Below, in pieces: positions 14,249-22,015 of a DNA stretch of 45,491 bases. Within the stretch, counting starts at the first letter, position 1. The number at the start of each line of letters is the position of its first letter. The stretch is taken from sequence record PQ141284.1; one strand, 5' to 3'. Source of the DNA: Escherichia phage fEg-Eco06. A model generated the notes under the pieces. That model ran no database searches and had not been told where the DNA came from. It worked only from the letters and a program-made list of their open reading frames with translations. Position numbers and translations under genes: made by a program.

Positions 14249-14272
14249 AGAGGGACTTCGGTCCCTCTTTTC
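14249..14272 (+). terminator. rho-independent terminator after capsid gene
   Basis: AGAGGGAC (14249-14256), loop TTCG, GTCCCTCT (14261-14268), then TTTT. Confidence 0.7.
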
Positions 14273-14291
14273 ATTTACTAAGAGGTAAATT

Positions 14292-14591
14292 ATGGCTAAG
14301 ACCGGAAAAGGCTTGCCGCGCAGCCTTCAGAATGTCGACTTCGGTGACTTTGATATCCCAGTCACGCCTGCTACTACCAGCGTAGTTGGTGGGGTTAGAA
14401 AGTCAGCTACTGTGGCTGCACCTGCGGCCATTACCGCCGCCGCCGGGGTGCAGTCCGCCGCGGCACCGACTAAGGAAGAGTTCGACGCCCTTGTAGCGGA
14501 GTACAACAAACTCCGAACCGATGTTACCGCGCTGCGCACTACCGTAGCAAATCTGTTGACTGCGCTTAAAAACGCAGGAACTGTAAGCTAA
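14292..14591 (+). CDS. hypothetical structural protein (Ala-rich, C-terminal coiled coil)
   Basis: 99-aa ORF with AAGAGG SD. C-terminal part reads EEFDALVAEYNKLRTDVTALRTTVANLLTALK. Confidence 0.55.
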   Translation: MAKTGKGLPRSLQNVDFGDFDIPVTPATTSVVGGVRKSATVAAPAAITAAAGVQSAAAPTKEEFDALVAEYNKLRTDVTALRTTVANLLTALKNAGTVS

Positions 14592-14603
14592 AGGAGCTTA
14601 AAA

Positions 14604-14945
14604 ATGGTTGATGTAATCAAACGTCGCATTACCGGTGTTTCAGCCGATACCGTAGGCGCTAAAATCGATATGGCAAATATCGCCCCCGCGTCTTTCTCAT
14701 CTGCGCTGGCGAGTACTACCTCAGTAACCGCAAGTGAAACTATGACGCTTACCGTAACCGTAACTGGCGGTCTGGAGCCATACTCCTACCAGTGGTACAA
14801 GAACAACAACGCTATCGCCGGGGCAAACGCTGCTCCCTATGTAAAGGCGTCTACTACTAGCGCAGATTCAGGCACGTATAAAGTGGTTGTTCACGATGTG
14901 TATGGTAATATTATCTCCAGCAGCACTGTAGCAACTGTGTCTTAA
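14604..14945 (+). CDS. Ig-like domain protein (possible decoration protein)
   Basis: 113 aa. YSYQWYKNNNAIAGANAAPYVKASTTSADSGTYKVVVHD is an I-set Ig signature. Confidence 0.6.
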   Translation: MVDVIKRRITGVSADTVGAKIDMANIAPASFSSALASTTSVTASETMTLTVTVTGGLEPYSYQWYKNNNAIAGANAAPYVKASTTSADSGTYKVVVHDVYGNIISSSTVATVS

Positions 14946-14981
14946 TACAACGGCCCTTCGGGGCCGTAATAAGGAAAGGTC

Positions 14982-15161
14982 ATGGCAGATAATTATGTAA
15001 TCCGCGAAAAGTACACCCACGTTGATATTGTTGATGGGCAGGTGATGCCAGTTCGCGGTGTTGTAGACGCGGATGAACTGGTTGCAACACAACCGGACAG
15101 CGAAGAAGCGCACAACAACGGCGGTGGTACTAAGCGTCGTCGCCGTAAGTCAGAGGAATAA
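14982..15161 (+). CDS. small hypothetical protein (59 aa, below track cutoff)
   Basis: Hand translation gives MADNYVIREKYTHVDIVDGQVMPVRGVVDADELVATQPDSEEAHNNGGGTKRRRRKSEE*, with AAGGAAAGG SD. Confidence 0.5.
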   Translation: MADNYVIREKYTHVDIVDGQVMPVRGVVDADELVATQPDSEEAHNNGGGTKRRRRKSEE

Positions 15162-15164
15162 TTT

Positions 15165-15677
15165 ATGCCGCTAATCGTGGAAGATGGGTCGATAGTACCT
15201 AACGCTGACAGTTACGTTAGTCTGGCTGACGCCCGCGCGTTAGCGGCTAATTATGGCCTGGAGCTACCGGAAGACGATACTGCCACCGAAGTAGCCTTGC
15301 GCAACGGCGCTACTTATGTCGGGCTTGCAGAACCGCAGATGTGCGGCCGCCGTGTGTCCGCCGAGCAGTCCCTGGCGTACCCACGTACGGGAACAACACT
15401 AAACGGCTTCACCGTAGCTGATAATGTTATCCCACCGCAGTTAATCCGGGCGCAGGTAATCGCCGCTGTTACGTATGGAGCGGGCACTGATGTTCGGGCT
15501 AACTCCGATGGACGTTCCGTGCAGACCGAGCGTGTAGAGTGTGCGGTAACAGTTACCTACTTCAACAACGGCAACAGCGGGGCCACAACCGCGATTACCG
15601 CCGCTGACGACGCCTTACGCCCGTTACTGTGTGGTGGTCTTAACAACGGCTTCTCATTTAATGTGTACCGGGGTTAA
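15165..15677 (+). CDS. head-tail connector/adaptor protein
   Basis: 170 aa. Called from its position between the capsid and neck genes. Confidence 0.45.
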   Translation: MPLIVEDGSIVPNADSYVSLADARALAANYGLELPEDDTATEVALRNGATYVGLAEPQMCGRRVSAEQSLAYPRTGTTLNGFTVADNVIPPQLIRAQVIAAVTYGAGTDVRANSDGRSVQTERVECAVTVTYFNNGNSGATTAITAADDALRPLLCGGLNNGFSFNVYRG

Positions 15678-15679
15678 AA

Positions 15680-16294
15680 ATGGCGAAGACTAAATCAGAG
15701 ATGTTTACTCTTATCGGCGCAAACCTCCCCGATAACACTACCGGGCTTATTACCCCAGCAGCGTTGCGCGAGGTAATGACACAGATGGCTGACTCACCTA
15801 TTTACGCCACTCCAGGTGTTAAAGAGGTTGAAGTTCTCCGCGCTGCGTCTACGGTAACCCAAGCGCCTACCGCGGTAGATACGGCATTGCAGTTAACTTT
15901 CGGTGCAGCTCAGGGTAGTGCATCCGACCCGGTAATGATTAATGCTGCGGGGCTGGTTACATTCAACACCGCCGGTAACTACGCCGTTCGCATCAAGTTA
16001 CAGGCAGGCCGCACAGGTGCCAGCGGAACGTCTATCCTGTTATCACGCATTCTTCTGAACGGTGCTCAGTACGGCTCACCTGCCGCCACGAAACTGGTAA
16101 GCGCGGACACCACAATCCCGATTGAATCTCGCGTTGTTATTAACCCAACAGCAGGCCAGACGTTTGCCGTTCAGATTATGCGGGATAGCGTCGGAACTAA
16201 CTTCGGTGGTGTATACCCGCAAGCGGCTACCGTAACCGCATGGGGTACAGCCCCGTCCGCGTTGCTGGTTATTTCGAGACTGGAGGCCGCCTGA
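15680..16294 (+). CDS. hypothetical structural protein
   Basis: 204-aa ORF in the structural operon. Confidence 0.5.
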   Translation: MAKTKSEMFTLIGANLPDNTTGLITPAALREVMTQMADSPIYATPGVKEVEVLRAASTVTQAPTAVDTALQLTFGAAQGSASDPVMINAAGLVTFNTAGNYAVRIKLQAGRTGASGTSILLSRILLNGAQYGSPAATKLVSADTTIPIESRVVINPTAGQTFAVQIMRDSVGTNFGGVYPQAATVTAWGTAPSALLVISRLEAA

Positions 16295-16653
16295 TGAGCA
16301 CAGCTTTCAGTAAACGTATGCAAGGCGTGGGTACACGCCTGCTAACCAAATTCAGCAGCACGGTATCTCTGTTTCGTGCTGGTTCGAAAGTGTGGGATGA
16401 AGTTCTCGGTGAGTACGTCTGGTCTGCGGATGAAGTGTTGCCGTTGAAAGCGGTTCCGGTTCCGGTTAATGCTGGACTGGTAAATGGTTCGACGATTCAG
16501 GCGGCCGACATGATTGTTAAAGCCGATTACAGCGTCGTTCCGAAGATGGAAGACAAGGTTCAGTTTAGCGGCGCGCAATGGTCTATCGTAGCTATCGAGA
16601 CGAAGATGGTTAACGATGATGTCGTGGCATATTTTATTCAGGTGAGAAAATGA
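16294..16653 (+). CDS. head closure / neck protein
   Basis: ATG 16294 lies behind GGAGG and overlaps the upstream TGA. Track ORF 16240..16653 was trimmed to this start. Confidence 0.45.
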   Translation: MSTAFSKRMQGVGTRLLTKFSSTVSLFRAGSKVWDEVLGEYVWSADEVLPLKAVPVPVNAGLVNGSTIQAADMIVKADYSVVPKMEDKVQFSGAQWSIVAIETKMVNDDVVAYFIQVRK

Positions 16654-17045
16654 GTTTCGCGCTTGATGTCTCTAAGTTCGTGGAAAAGGCGAAGAAGAAC
16701 CCTGAGAAGGTGATGCGTCAGGTGTCTATCAAGCTGTTTTCCGCTATTATAAAGGCGAGTCCGGTAGATACTGGTCGGTTTCGCATGAACTGGATGGCAT
16801 CTGGTGGTACTCCTGCTTCCGGGATTACGGATGCTACGGATAAATCAGGAAACACAGCAACCGGAAACGCTACAAGTTTCGTGCTGAAAGCCACCGACTG
16901 GCATGAGTTCACGCTGACAAATAACCTGCCGTATGCACAACGGCTGGAGTATGGCTGGTCGCAACAGGCCCCGCAAGGATTCGTCAGGACTAACGTGTCC
17001 CGCTTCCAGCAACTCATTAACGAAGAAGCTAGCAAGGTGAGATGA
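16650..17045 (+). CDS. HK97 gp10-like neck/tail-completion protein
   Basis: VDTGRFRMNW and NNLPYAQRLEYGWS match the HK97-gp10 family hallmarks (VDTG.LR...N..PYA..lEyG). Confidence 0.65.
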   Translation: MSFALDVSKFVEKAKKNPEKVMRQVSIKLFSAIIKASPVDTGRFRMNWMASGGTPASGITDATDKSGNTATGNATSFVLKATDWHEFTLTNNLPYAQRLEYGWSQQAPQGFVRTNVSRFQQLINEEASKVR

Positions 17046-17458
17046 TGGGCTACTTTGAGGACTTAACAAAAGCGTTTGATGTGCCGCTGGTAGCCTTCGG
17101 AACCACCAACGGCATCAAGGTAGCGCTTGAAAACATCGACGCGCCGACGTCAACAGATACGCCGTATCTGGCAAGTTACATGTTGCTGGCGGATACCGAG
17201 CAGGCTGACTTATTCTTCACGGAACAACGCGCCGGTGTCTATCAGATAGACATTAACTACGCATCGGTGAAAGGTAGCGCGCCAATCAATAAAATGGCAG
17301 ACTTACTTAACACGGCGTTTAAATCAGGTAAGTCATTTTCACGTAACGACATCTGCGCCGAGGTTCAATCGGTTAGCCTGGGGCCGCTGATTGTAGAAAA
17401 CGGATGGGCCAAAAGACCATTGTCAATTAACTTTATTGCATTCACCAAGAGGCTGTGA
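17042..17458 (+). CDS. tail terminator-like protein
   Basis: 138 aa. Lies immediately upstream of the major tail protein. Confidence 0.4.
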   Translation: MMGYFEDLTKAFDVPLVAFGTTNGIKVALENIDAPTSTDTPYLASYMLLADTEQADLFFTEQRAGVYQIDINYASVKGSAPINKMADLLNTAFKSGKSFSRNDICAEVQSVSLGPLIVENGWAKRPLSINFIAFTKRL

Positions 17459-17460
17459 AT

Positions 17461-18627
17461 ATGGCTACAACTCCTTTTAAGGGCGCGAATACCGCGCAAT
17501 TCTATGTGGCGGAAACTACCCCGGGCGTAACACCGGCTAACCCGGTATGGTCGCCACTGCGTAACACAGGCGGCGTTCCTGCCATTACCCGTGACACACT
17601 GACCTCCAACGAACTGGACGGCAGCCGCGAAACTACATCCATCCGCACCGGTAACAAGCAGGTTAGCGGTGAATATGCTATTGAGCTTAGCTCGAAAAGC
17701 CAGGATGACTGGCTAGCCGGGGCTTTAGGCTCTACGTGGCAGGCTGGCGTATCTCTGTCAGGGCTATCGATTACCGTCGCACCGGCTGGCAAGACGTTCA
17801 CACGTGCCACCGGCAGCTTTATCACTGACGGAGTTGGGGTAGGCGACCTGATTGCGTTTACCGATTTAACTGGCGATAATGCAAAACCATTTATTGTTAC
17901 TGCAGTAACGGCTACGGTTGTTACTGGTGCAGGCATCCAACACACCCTGACCACCGAGACAAAAACTAGTAAGGCTAAAACTGGCGACACGCTGGAAACC
18001 GGTAATACGTGTAAGACGTTCTCTATCCTTACCTGGTACAAAGGCCAGTGCGGCGGTACTGACGCGTACACGTTAACCAAAGGCGTGGAAGTTTCTGGTT
18101 TTACCATCGAACAGGCTGTTAACGCGATGGTAACTGGCAGCTTCCCATTCATCGGTCGCAGTCAGGAGATTCTCACCACGCCGCCGACCGGTTCCAACTT
18201 CTCATCTGTCACTTTTGGTGATGAGCCGTTTTCTTCGGTTGACGTTTCCGTGTTCGATGGTTCTACGCCGTTGCGATGCGACAGTCTGACTATCACCAAC
18301 GATAACAGCGCGTCCGCGCAGTTCGAACTTGGTAACACTAACGTAGCGTTTGTTGAGCGTAGCCGCGCGGCTAACACTTTCTCCATCTCCGGCAAGCTGT
18401 ACGACATGGCGATGATTCAGAAGTTTATCAACGAACAGCAGGTAGAGATTAACTCTATTCTGGCGGGGGTAAACGGGGCTATGTCTTTCAGTTTGAAACG
18501 CGCAGAGCTTACGGCGGTTACACCAGAGATTGGCGGACCTGAGTCAATCACTCAGTCCATTGAGGGGCAGGCCACCGGCAACCAGTACCAGTCGTCTATC
18601 GTAATTCAACGTATCACCTACGCATAA
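17461..18627 (+). CDS. major tail protein
   Basis: 388 aa from ATG 17461 behind AAGAGG. Lies upstream of the chaperone/tape-measure block and is followed by a strong terminator. Confidence 0.65.
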   Translation: MATTPFKGANTAQFYVAETTPGVTPANPVWSPLRNTGGVPAITRDTLTSNELDGSRETTSIRTGNKQVSGEYAIELSSKSQDDWLAGALGSTWQAGVSLSGLSITVAPAGKTFTRATGSFITDGVGVGDLIAFTDLTGDNAKPFIVTAVTATVVTGAGIQHTLTTETKTSKAKTGDTLETGNTCKTFSILTWYKGQCGGTDAYTLTKGVEVSGFTIEQAVNAMVTGSFPFIGRSQEILTTPPTGSNFSSVTFGDEPFSSVDVSVFDGSTPLRCDSLTITNDNSASAQFELGNTNVAFVERSRAANTFSISGKLYDMAMIQKFINEQQVEINSILAGVNGAMSFSLKRAELTAVTPEIGGPESITQSIEGQATGNQYQSSIVIQRITYA

Positions 18628-18631
18628 AACT

Positions 18632-18656
18632 AAGGCCCCTTTCGGGGCCTTTTTCT
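18632..18656. terminator. bidirectional rho-independent terminator
   Basis: AAGGCCCC, loop TTTC, GGGGCCTT, then TTTTC. The complement is also followed by T-rich sequence. Lies between convergent genes. Confidence 0.75.
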
Positions 18657-19210
18657 TACAAACCTAATTTTAAAGCAATGTCTATAACGTTCGATTTAAC
18701 GTCACCCGGTATGATGTAGGTGTCGTAATCTTTTACACCACTAACATCATACAGATAGCCACGGCTATCGCCGATGAACGTATAGCCGTCACGATGGAGG
18801 CGAACGATTTGCACGTCATGCCCTGCGGCGACGATAGGGGCAACTTCACTGGCGAATCCACCGTCGGACACTACAAAAACTTCGTCGCCGTCAGGCAAGT
18901 TTTCAGCAAGATACTTACCGAAATAATCATCGCCGAATACCGGTTTAATGAATTGCTCAGAAATGGCAATCATTAACTGGCGGCGGGACAACCCATTAAG
19001 AAAACCCTCGGGTTTTTCTTTCCGCGCCCGGTCGTCGTAGCCGTCGAGAAATTCGTGGTAAGCATCCTGGCCTAACGCTGCCAAAGCAATATTGAACATC
19101 GGATTCTTGAAACGGGTAGTTCCTTTCGCAAAGCCCATCTCTACCAGCGCCCTAGCAAGTGTGTCTTTCCCACAACCAGCAGGGCCATTAAGAATAATTA
19201 CCTTAGCCAT
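18656..19210 (-). CDS. P-loop kinase, dNMP-kinase-like
   Basis: The N-terminal MAKVIILNGPAGCGKDT is a Walker A motif. At 184 aa it is the size of small nucleotide kinases. Confidence 0.55.
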   Translation of the reverse strand: MAKVIILNGPAGCGKDTLARALVEMGFAKGTTRFKNPMFNIALAALGQDAYHEFLDGYDDRARKEKPEGFLNGLSRRQLMIAISEQFIKPVFGDDYFGKYLAENLPDGDEVFVVSDGGFASEVAPIVAAGHDVQIVRLHRDGYTFIGDSRGYLYDVSGVKDYDTYIIPGDVKSNVIDIALKLGL

Positions 19211-19698
19211 TACTTATCACTCCCGTGTGATTTTAAGTGTGTAGAGTCCCCGTTACAGTCGTACTCAGTGACCGCGTGTGTCGTGATTCCTAAGCCACGG
19301 AAATGCTTAATCACCGCGGGAGAGTCGTCGAATGCGCACAAGATTCTTTCCAGTCCGAAAGCACGCAACACCTCTTCTTTAATTACGATGTCTTTTCTGT
19401 TGTCGTGTTTGCTGCGCATGATTAGCGTGTCAAACCTAACGTTATTCTCTCGTAACCATTCGCGAGTCTCCTCCTCAGCGTCATCACTTCGCCCGGTAAG
19501 GATAATTATAGTAAGTCCGGAATGCCACAGTACGCTACACAAATGGATATTGTCGTATATCGGAGCGTCATCTTTGCAGGCCATGTTAAATGGCTTCCAC
19601 GCCCACGTTTCTCCGTAGTTATCTTTTGGTAACAGGTGTAAGCGATGGGTACCGTCGGCCAATGTCCCGTCTAAATCGAAAATTACAATATCTTTCAT
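19210..19698 (-). CDS. HAD-superfamily phosphatase (PNK-phosphatase / nucleotidase-like)
   Basis: MKDIVIFDLDGTLADGTHR carries the DxDGT motif I. ILTGRSD is motif II-like. Confidence 0.6.
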   Translation of the reverse strand: MKDIVIFDLDGTLADGTHRLHLLPKDNYGETWAWKPFNMACKDDAPIYDNIHLCSVLWHSGLTIIILTGRSDDAEEETREWLRENNVRFDTLIMRSKHDNRKDIVIKEEVLRAFGLERILCAFDDSPAVIKHFRGLGITTHAVTEYDCNGDSTHLKSHGSDK

Positions 19699-20825
19699 CC
19701 CAGCATCTCCGGTGAAATAGTTAAACGTGCGACCTCGCCATATTCGGCGCTATAAGTAATTACATTTGCACTGCGGCCCGACATCCATCCGCCGCGAGAG
19801 GCGTAGGCGTCTTTAGCCGCTAAGGTGCGGTGTTGCTCAACAATCATGTTACGGCTTTCTACAATCTTCTGGTGGTGCAGATGTCCTACGTGGGCGTAGC
19901 TGTAAACACTCTCGCCGAACGCTTTACGGAACTTGGCAATCATAACCGGTTCGATAGCGTCGAATCGTGCTTTATGCCCGTGATGGAAGAACAGCGTCGT
20001 TTTGCCGTGTTGCACCATCTTATAAACATCCGGCGACGTATCGACGAATACACGAGGCTCGTTGTCGTACAGTGTGCTGAACATCTCCGCCAGCCAAATC
20101 ATCCCGGATTCGTCGTGGTTCCCCTGAACTATAAGCAAGCGAACAGTTTTATGCTTAACCAGAGCCATATCAACAACACGGCGGACCATGCGAATCATGT
20201 AGCGGACAAGTTTCTGGTAACGCGTGTCGGCGTCAAGGACATGACCACTCGCCGGTGTAACGGCGTCAAGACTATCGAAGTGAGCTAAGTCGCCAAGAAG
20301 ATTAATAACCCCCGTACCTGCATCCGGTGCTTTCTGAAACGCAGCATCAAACCAACGAGAGAATAAGTCCTCCGCGATTTTCATATCCCAGTCGTCGCCG
20401 CTCTCGTCAGCCCAGGCTAACATACCGAGATGGAAATCAGACACGGTGTACAGGTTAAGCAGCTTGTCGTCACGTTTAGCCCGGGCGGCCTTAACTGGCG
20501 GAACGGGAGTAATCTCCGACTTCATGCCTTCGACTACGGCTTTCATCAACTCAACCTGACGTTCGGCATCGGTGTCTGTCTTAACCCACTGCAACTTAGT
20601 GTTACCGAACTCGTCCACCAGAGACGACGTGCCTTTAATCTTGTAGCCGTCTGGTACAAGGTGGCTTACGTCCCGCCCGTGGCCTACGCCTTTCTTAGCC
20701 AGCTTCGCTTTACGGATTCGGATAACGCGGTCTGAGATTCCGTATTTACGGGCGATATCGATATTCTTCATCCCGGCGTTCAATTCTTCCTGTAATTGCT
20801 CGTCGGTTATTTTCTTCTGGGCCAT
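19695..20825 (-). CDS. metallophosphoesterase with N-terminal HTH domain
   Basis: N-terminal NIDIARKYGISDRVIRIRKAKL is HTH-like. Calcineurin-like motifs DFHLGM, GDLAHFD, QGNHDE, HHGH and GHLHH follow. Confidence 0.6.
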   Translation of the reverse strand: MAQKKITDEQLQEELNAGMKNIDIARKYGISDRVIRIRKAKLAKKGVGHGRDVSHLVPDGYKIKGTSSLVDEFGNTKLQWVKTDTDAERQVELMKAVVEGMKSEITPVPPVKAARAKRDDKLLNLYTVSDFHLGMLAWADESGDDWDMKIAEDLFSRWFDAAFQKAPDAGTGVINLLGDLAHFDSLDAVTPASGHVLDADTRYQKLVRYMIRMVRRVVDMALVKHKTVRLLIVQGNHDESGMIWLAEMFSTLYDNEPRVFVDTSPDVYKMVQHGKTTLFFHHGHKARFDAIEPVMIAKFRKAFGESVYSYAHVGHLHHQKIVESRNMIVEQHRTLAAKDAYASRGGWMSGRSANVITYSAEYGEVARLTISPEMLG

Positions 20826-20863
20826 GCTTACTTCCTCGTGTTTAGGATTTGTCTTATAGTAGC

Positions 20864-21082
20864 CTACTTCTCTTTCACGTTCGAGTTACAAGCCCAGATT
20901 AAAATGAATACCCACGGCAACAGAATCCACCCGAGAAATAAGTTAGCCATGAATATCGCCAGCTTTGCTTTATGGTTACGCATATGTGCCACCAAAAACG
21001 GGATAAAATAAACGGCTACAAAAATAATTAAGAAGAACATAGTGATACCGGTCATAACATAACTCCTGATTTGAGATAACAT
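20864..21082 (-). CDS. superinfection-immunity-like small membrane protein
   Basis: 72 aa with 2 TMDs. YFIPFLVAHMRNHKAKLAIFMANLFLGWILLPWVFILIWA resembles the Imm_superinfect family pattern (F.P...A..R.H.....IF..N...GWT..GW...L.WA). Confidence 0.55.
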   Translation of the reverse strand: MLSQIRSYVMTGITMFFLIIFVAVYFIPFLVAHMRNHKAKLAIFMANLFLGWILLPWVFILIWACNSNVKEK

Positions 21083-21097
21083 CGTTGGTGTAAGTGA

Positions 21098-21126
21098 ATA
21101 GTACGCTATTATATTGGGGTGTGCAA
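21098..21126 (-). promoter_or_regulatory. promoter, TTGCAC-N17-TACTATTCA family, driving the leftward island
   Basis: On the minus strand: TTGCAC (21126-21121), 17 nt, TACTAT (21103-21098). Confidence 0.55.
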
Positions 21127-21233
21127 GTAGTGTGCTAGAATAATTTTGCGCCTAGTGTCGCACACGAAAAGCGGGTGGTTCCCGTCTGGCGCATTTCCTT
21201 TAACCAGTAACCTCTTAACCAAAGGATTAAAGA

Positions 21234-21650
21234 ATGAAACTTTCTGATTTTTATTACGAAGCGGAAGCCGAAAAGGGCGCACGTATGCCGATACCGCTAA
21301 AAGACGGTACTGATTCCGGGGAATGGCTTAATGTTGTTTCTCCTGAGGCGGACGTTGCCGTTAAGGCTATGCGCGCGTTCACCCTTGCATACCGGGCAGT
21401 ATTAGGGAAATTAAAACCGCTTCGTGATAAGTGCGAAGAGATGAAAGATTTCTCTGAATACAACCTGAAGATGGAAGACGCGGCGACGGACCTTAACCGT
21501 CAGTTAGCGATTGAATTGGTTAACGGGTGGAGTCTTGACGACGAATTCAATAAAGAGAATCTGAACACACTCCTGACGCAATATAAACGACTCGCGGAAC
21601 TTGTTGTTGTGTTTCATAACGAACAACTGCACCAGCTACAGGAAAAGTAG
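21234..21650 (+). CDS. tail assembly chaperone (gpG-like)
   Basis: 138 aa. Lies directly upstream of the tape measure gene and is followed by a start-less -1 frame ORF. Confidence 0.65.
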   Translation: MKLSDFYYEAEAEKGARMPIPLKDGTDSGEWLNVVSPEADVAVKAMRAFTLAYRAVLGKLKPLRDKCEEMKDFSEYNLKMEDAATDLNRQLAIELVNGWSLDDEFNKENLNTLLTQYKRLAELVVVFHNEQLHQLQEK

Positions 21651-22015
21651 ACGCGTTGCTCCAGTTCGCCCGTTGGAACTTCATAACCCGCCACAAACGG
21701 CGGGAATTTGACAGTATCGCCGATGGGCATAAAGCCGCGCTAATTGCTATGGGGGTTATGCAAGACGCGCCGGATGCAACGCAGGCCGCTGGGCCGGAAT
21801 GCCCCCCTGAGCTACTAACCACATTTGAGAAGTACAGGGAAATTAAATTCACCCGCCGAGTGGACGACGACGGCATCAAGATGTACCCGCGCGAGCAATT
21901 ACGATGGTCAGATTTAGTGGCGTACAGCACCGTTTCAGGCCAGAATATAGGGATGTTCGAATCCGACATCATCATGAGCTTAGACGCTATTTTCGAGGGT
22001 AGAAACGATGGCTGA
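21620..22015 (+). CDS. -1 frame extension of tail chaperone (gpGT-like frameshift product C-terminus)
   Basis: The -1 frame is open from 21620 to 22015, with no ATG/SD of its own (the track gives TTG 21656). It overlaps the end of the chaperone ORF. A GAA-AAG-TAG context lies at 21642-21650. Confidence 0.5.
   Translation, partial: RTTAPATGKVDALLQFARWNFITRHKRREFDSIADGHKAALIAMGVMQDAPDATQAAGPECPPELLTTFEKYREIKFTRRVDDDGIKMYPREQLRWSDLVAYSTVSGQNIGMFESDIIMSLDAIFEGRNDG

Noticed and set aside
14950-14967. Hairpin ACGGCCC-TTCG-GGGCCGT after the Ig-like gene, considered as a terminator.
   Set aside because: It has a stable stem but no downstream T-run (AATAAGG follows), and a coupled small ORF starts 15 nt later. 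It is more likely an mRNA-stabilising or processing hairpin than an efficient terminator, so it is not listed as a feature.
17502-18152. Other long antisense ORFs: 17502..18152(-), 22409..22996(-), 26901..27566(-), 29333..29896(-), 38356..39081(+), 5827..6222(-) and 19268..19618(+).
   Set aside because: All lie opposite well-supported genes. All lack start-site signals and translate to compositionally odd sequence (Ser/Arg/Cys/Pro-rich). They are most simply antisense shadows.
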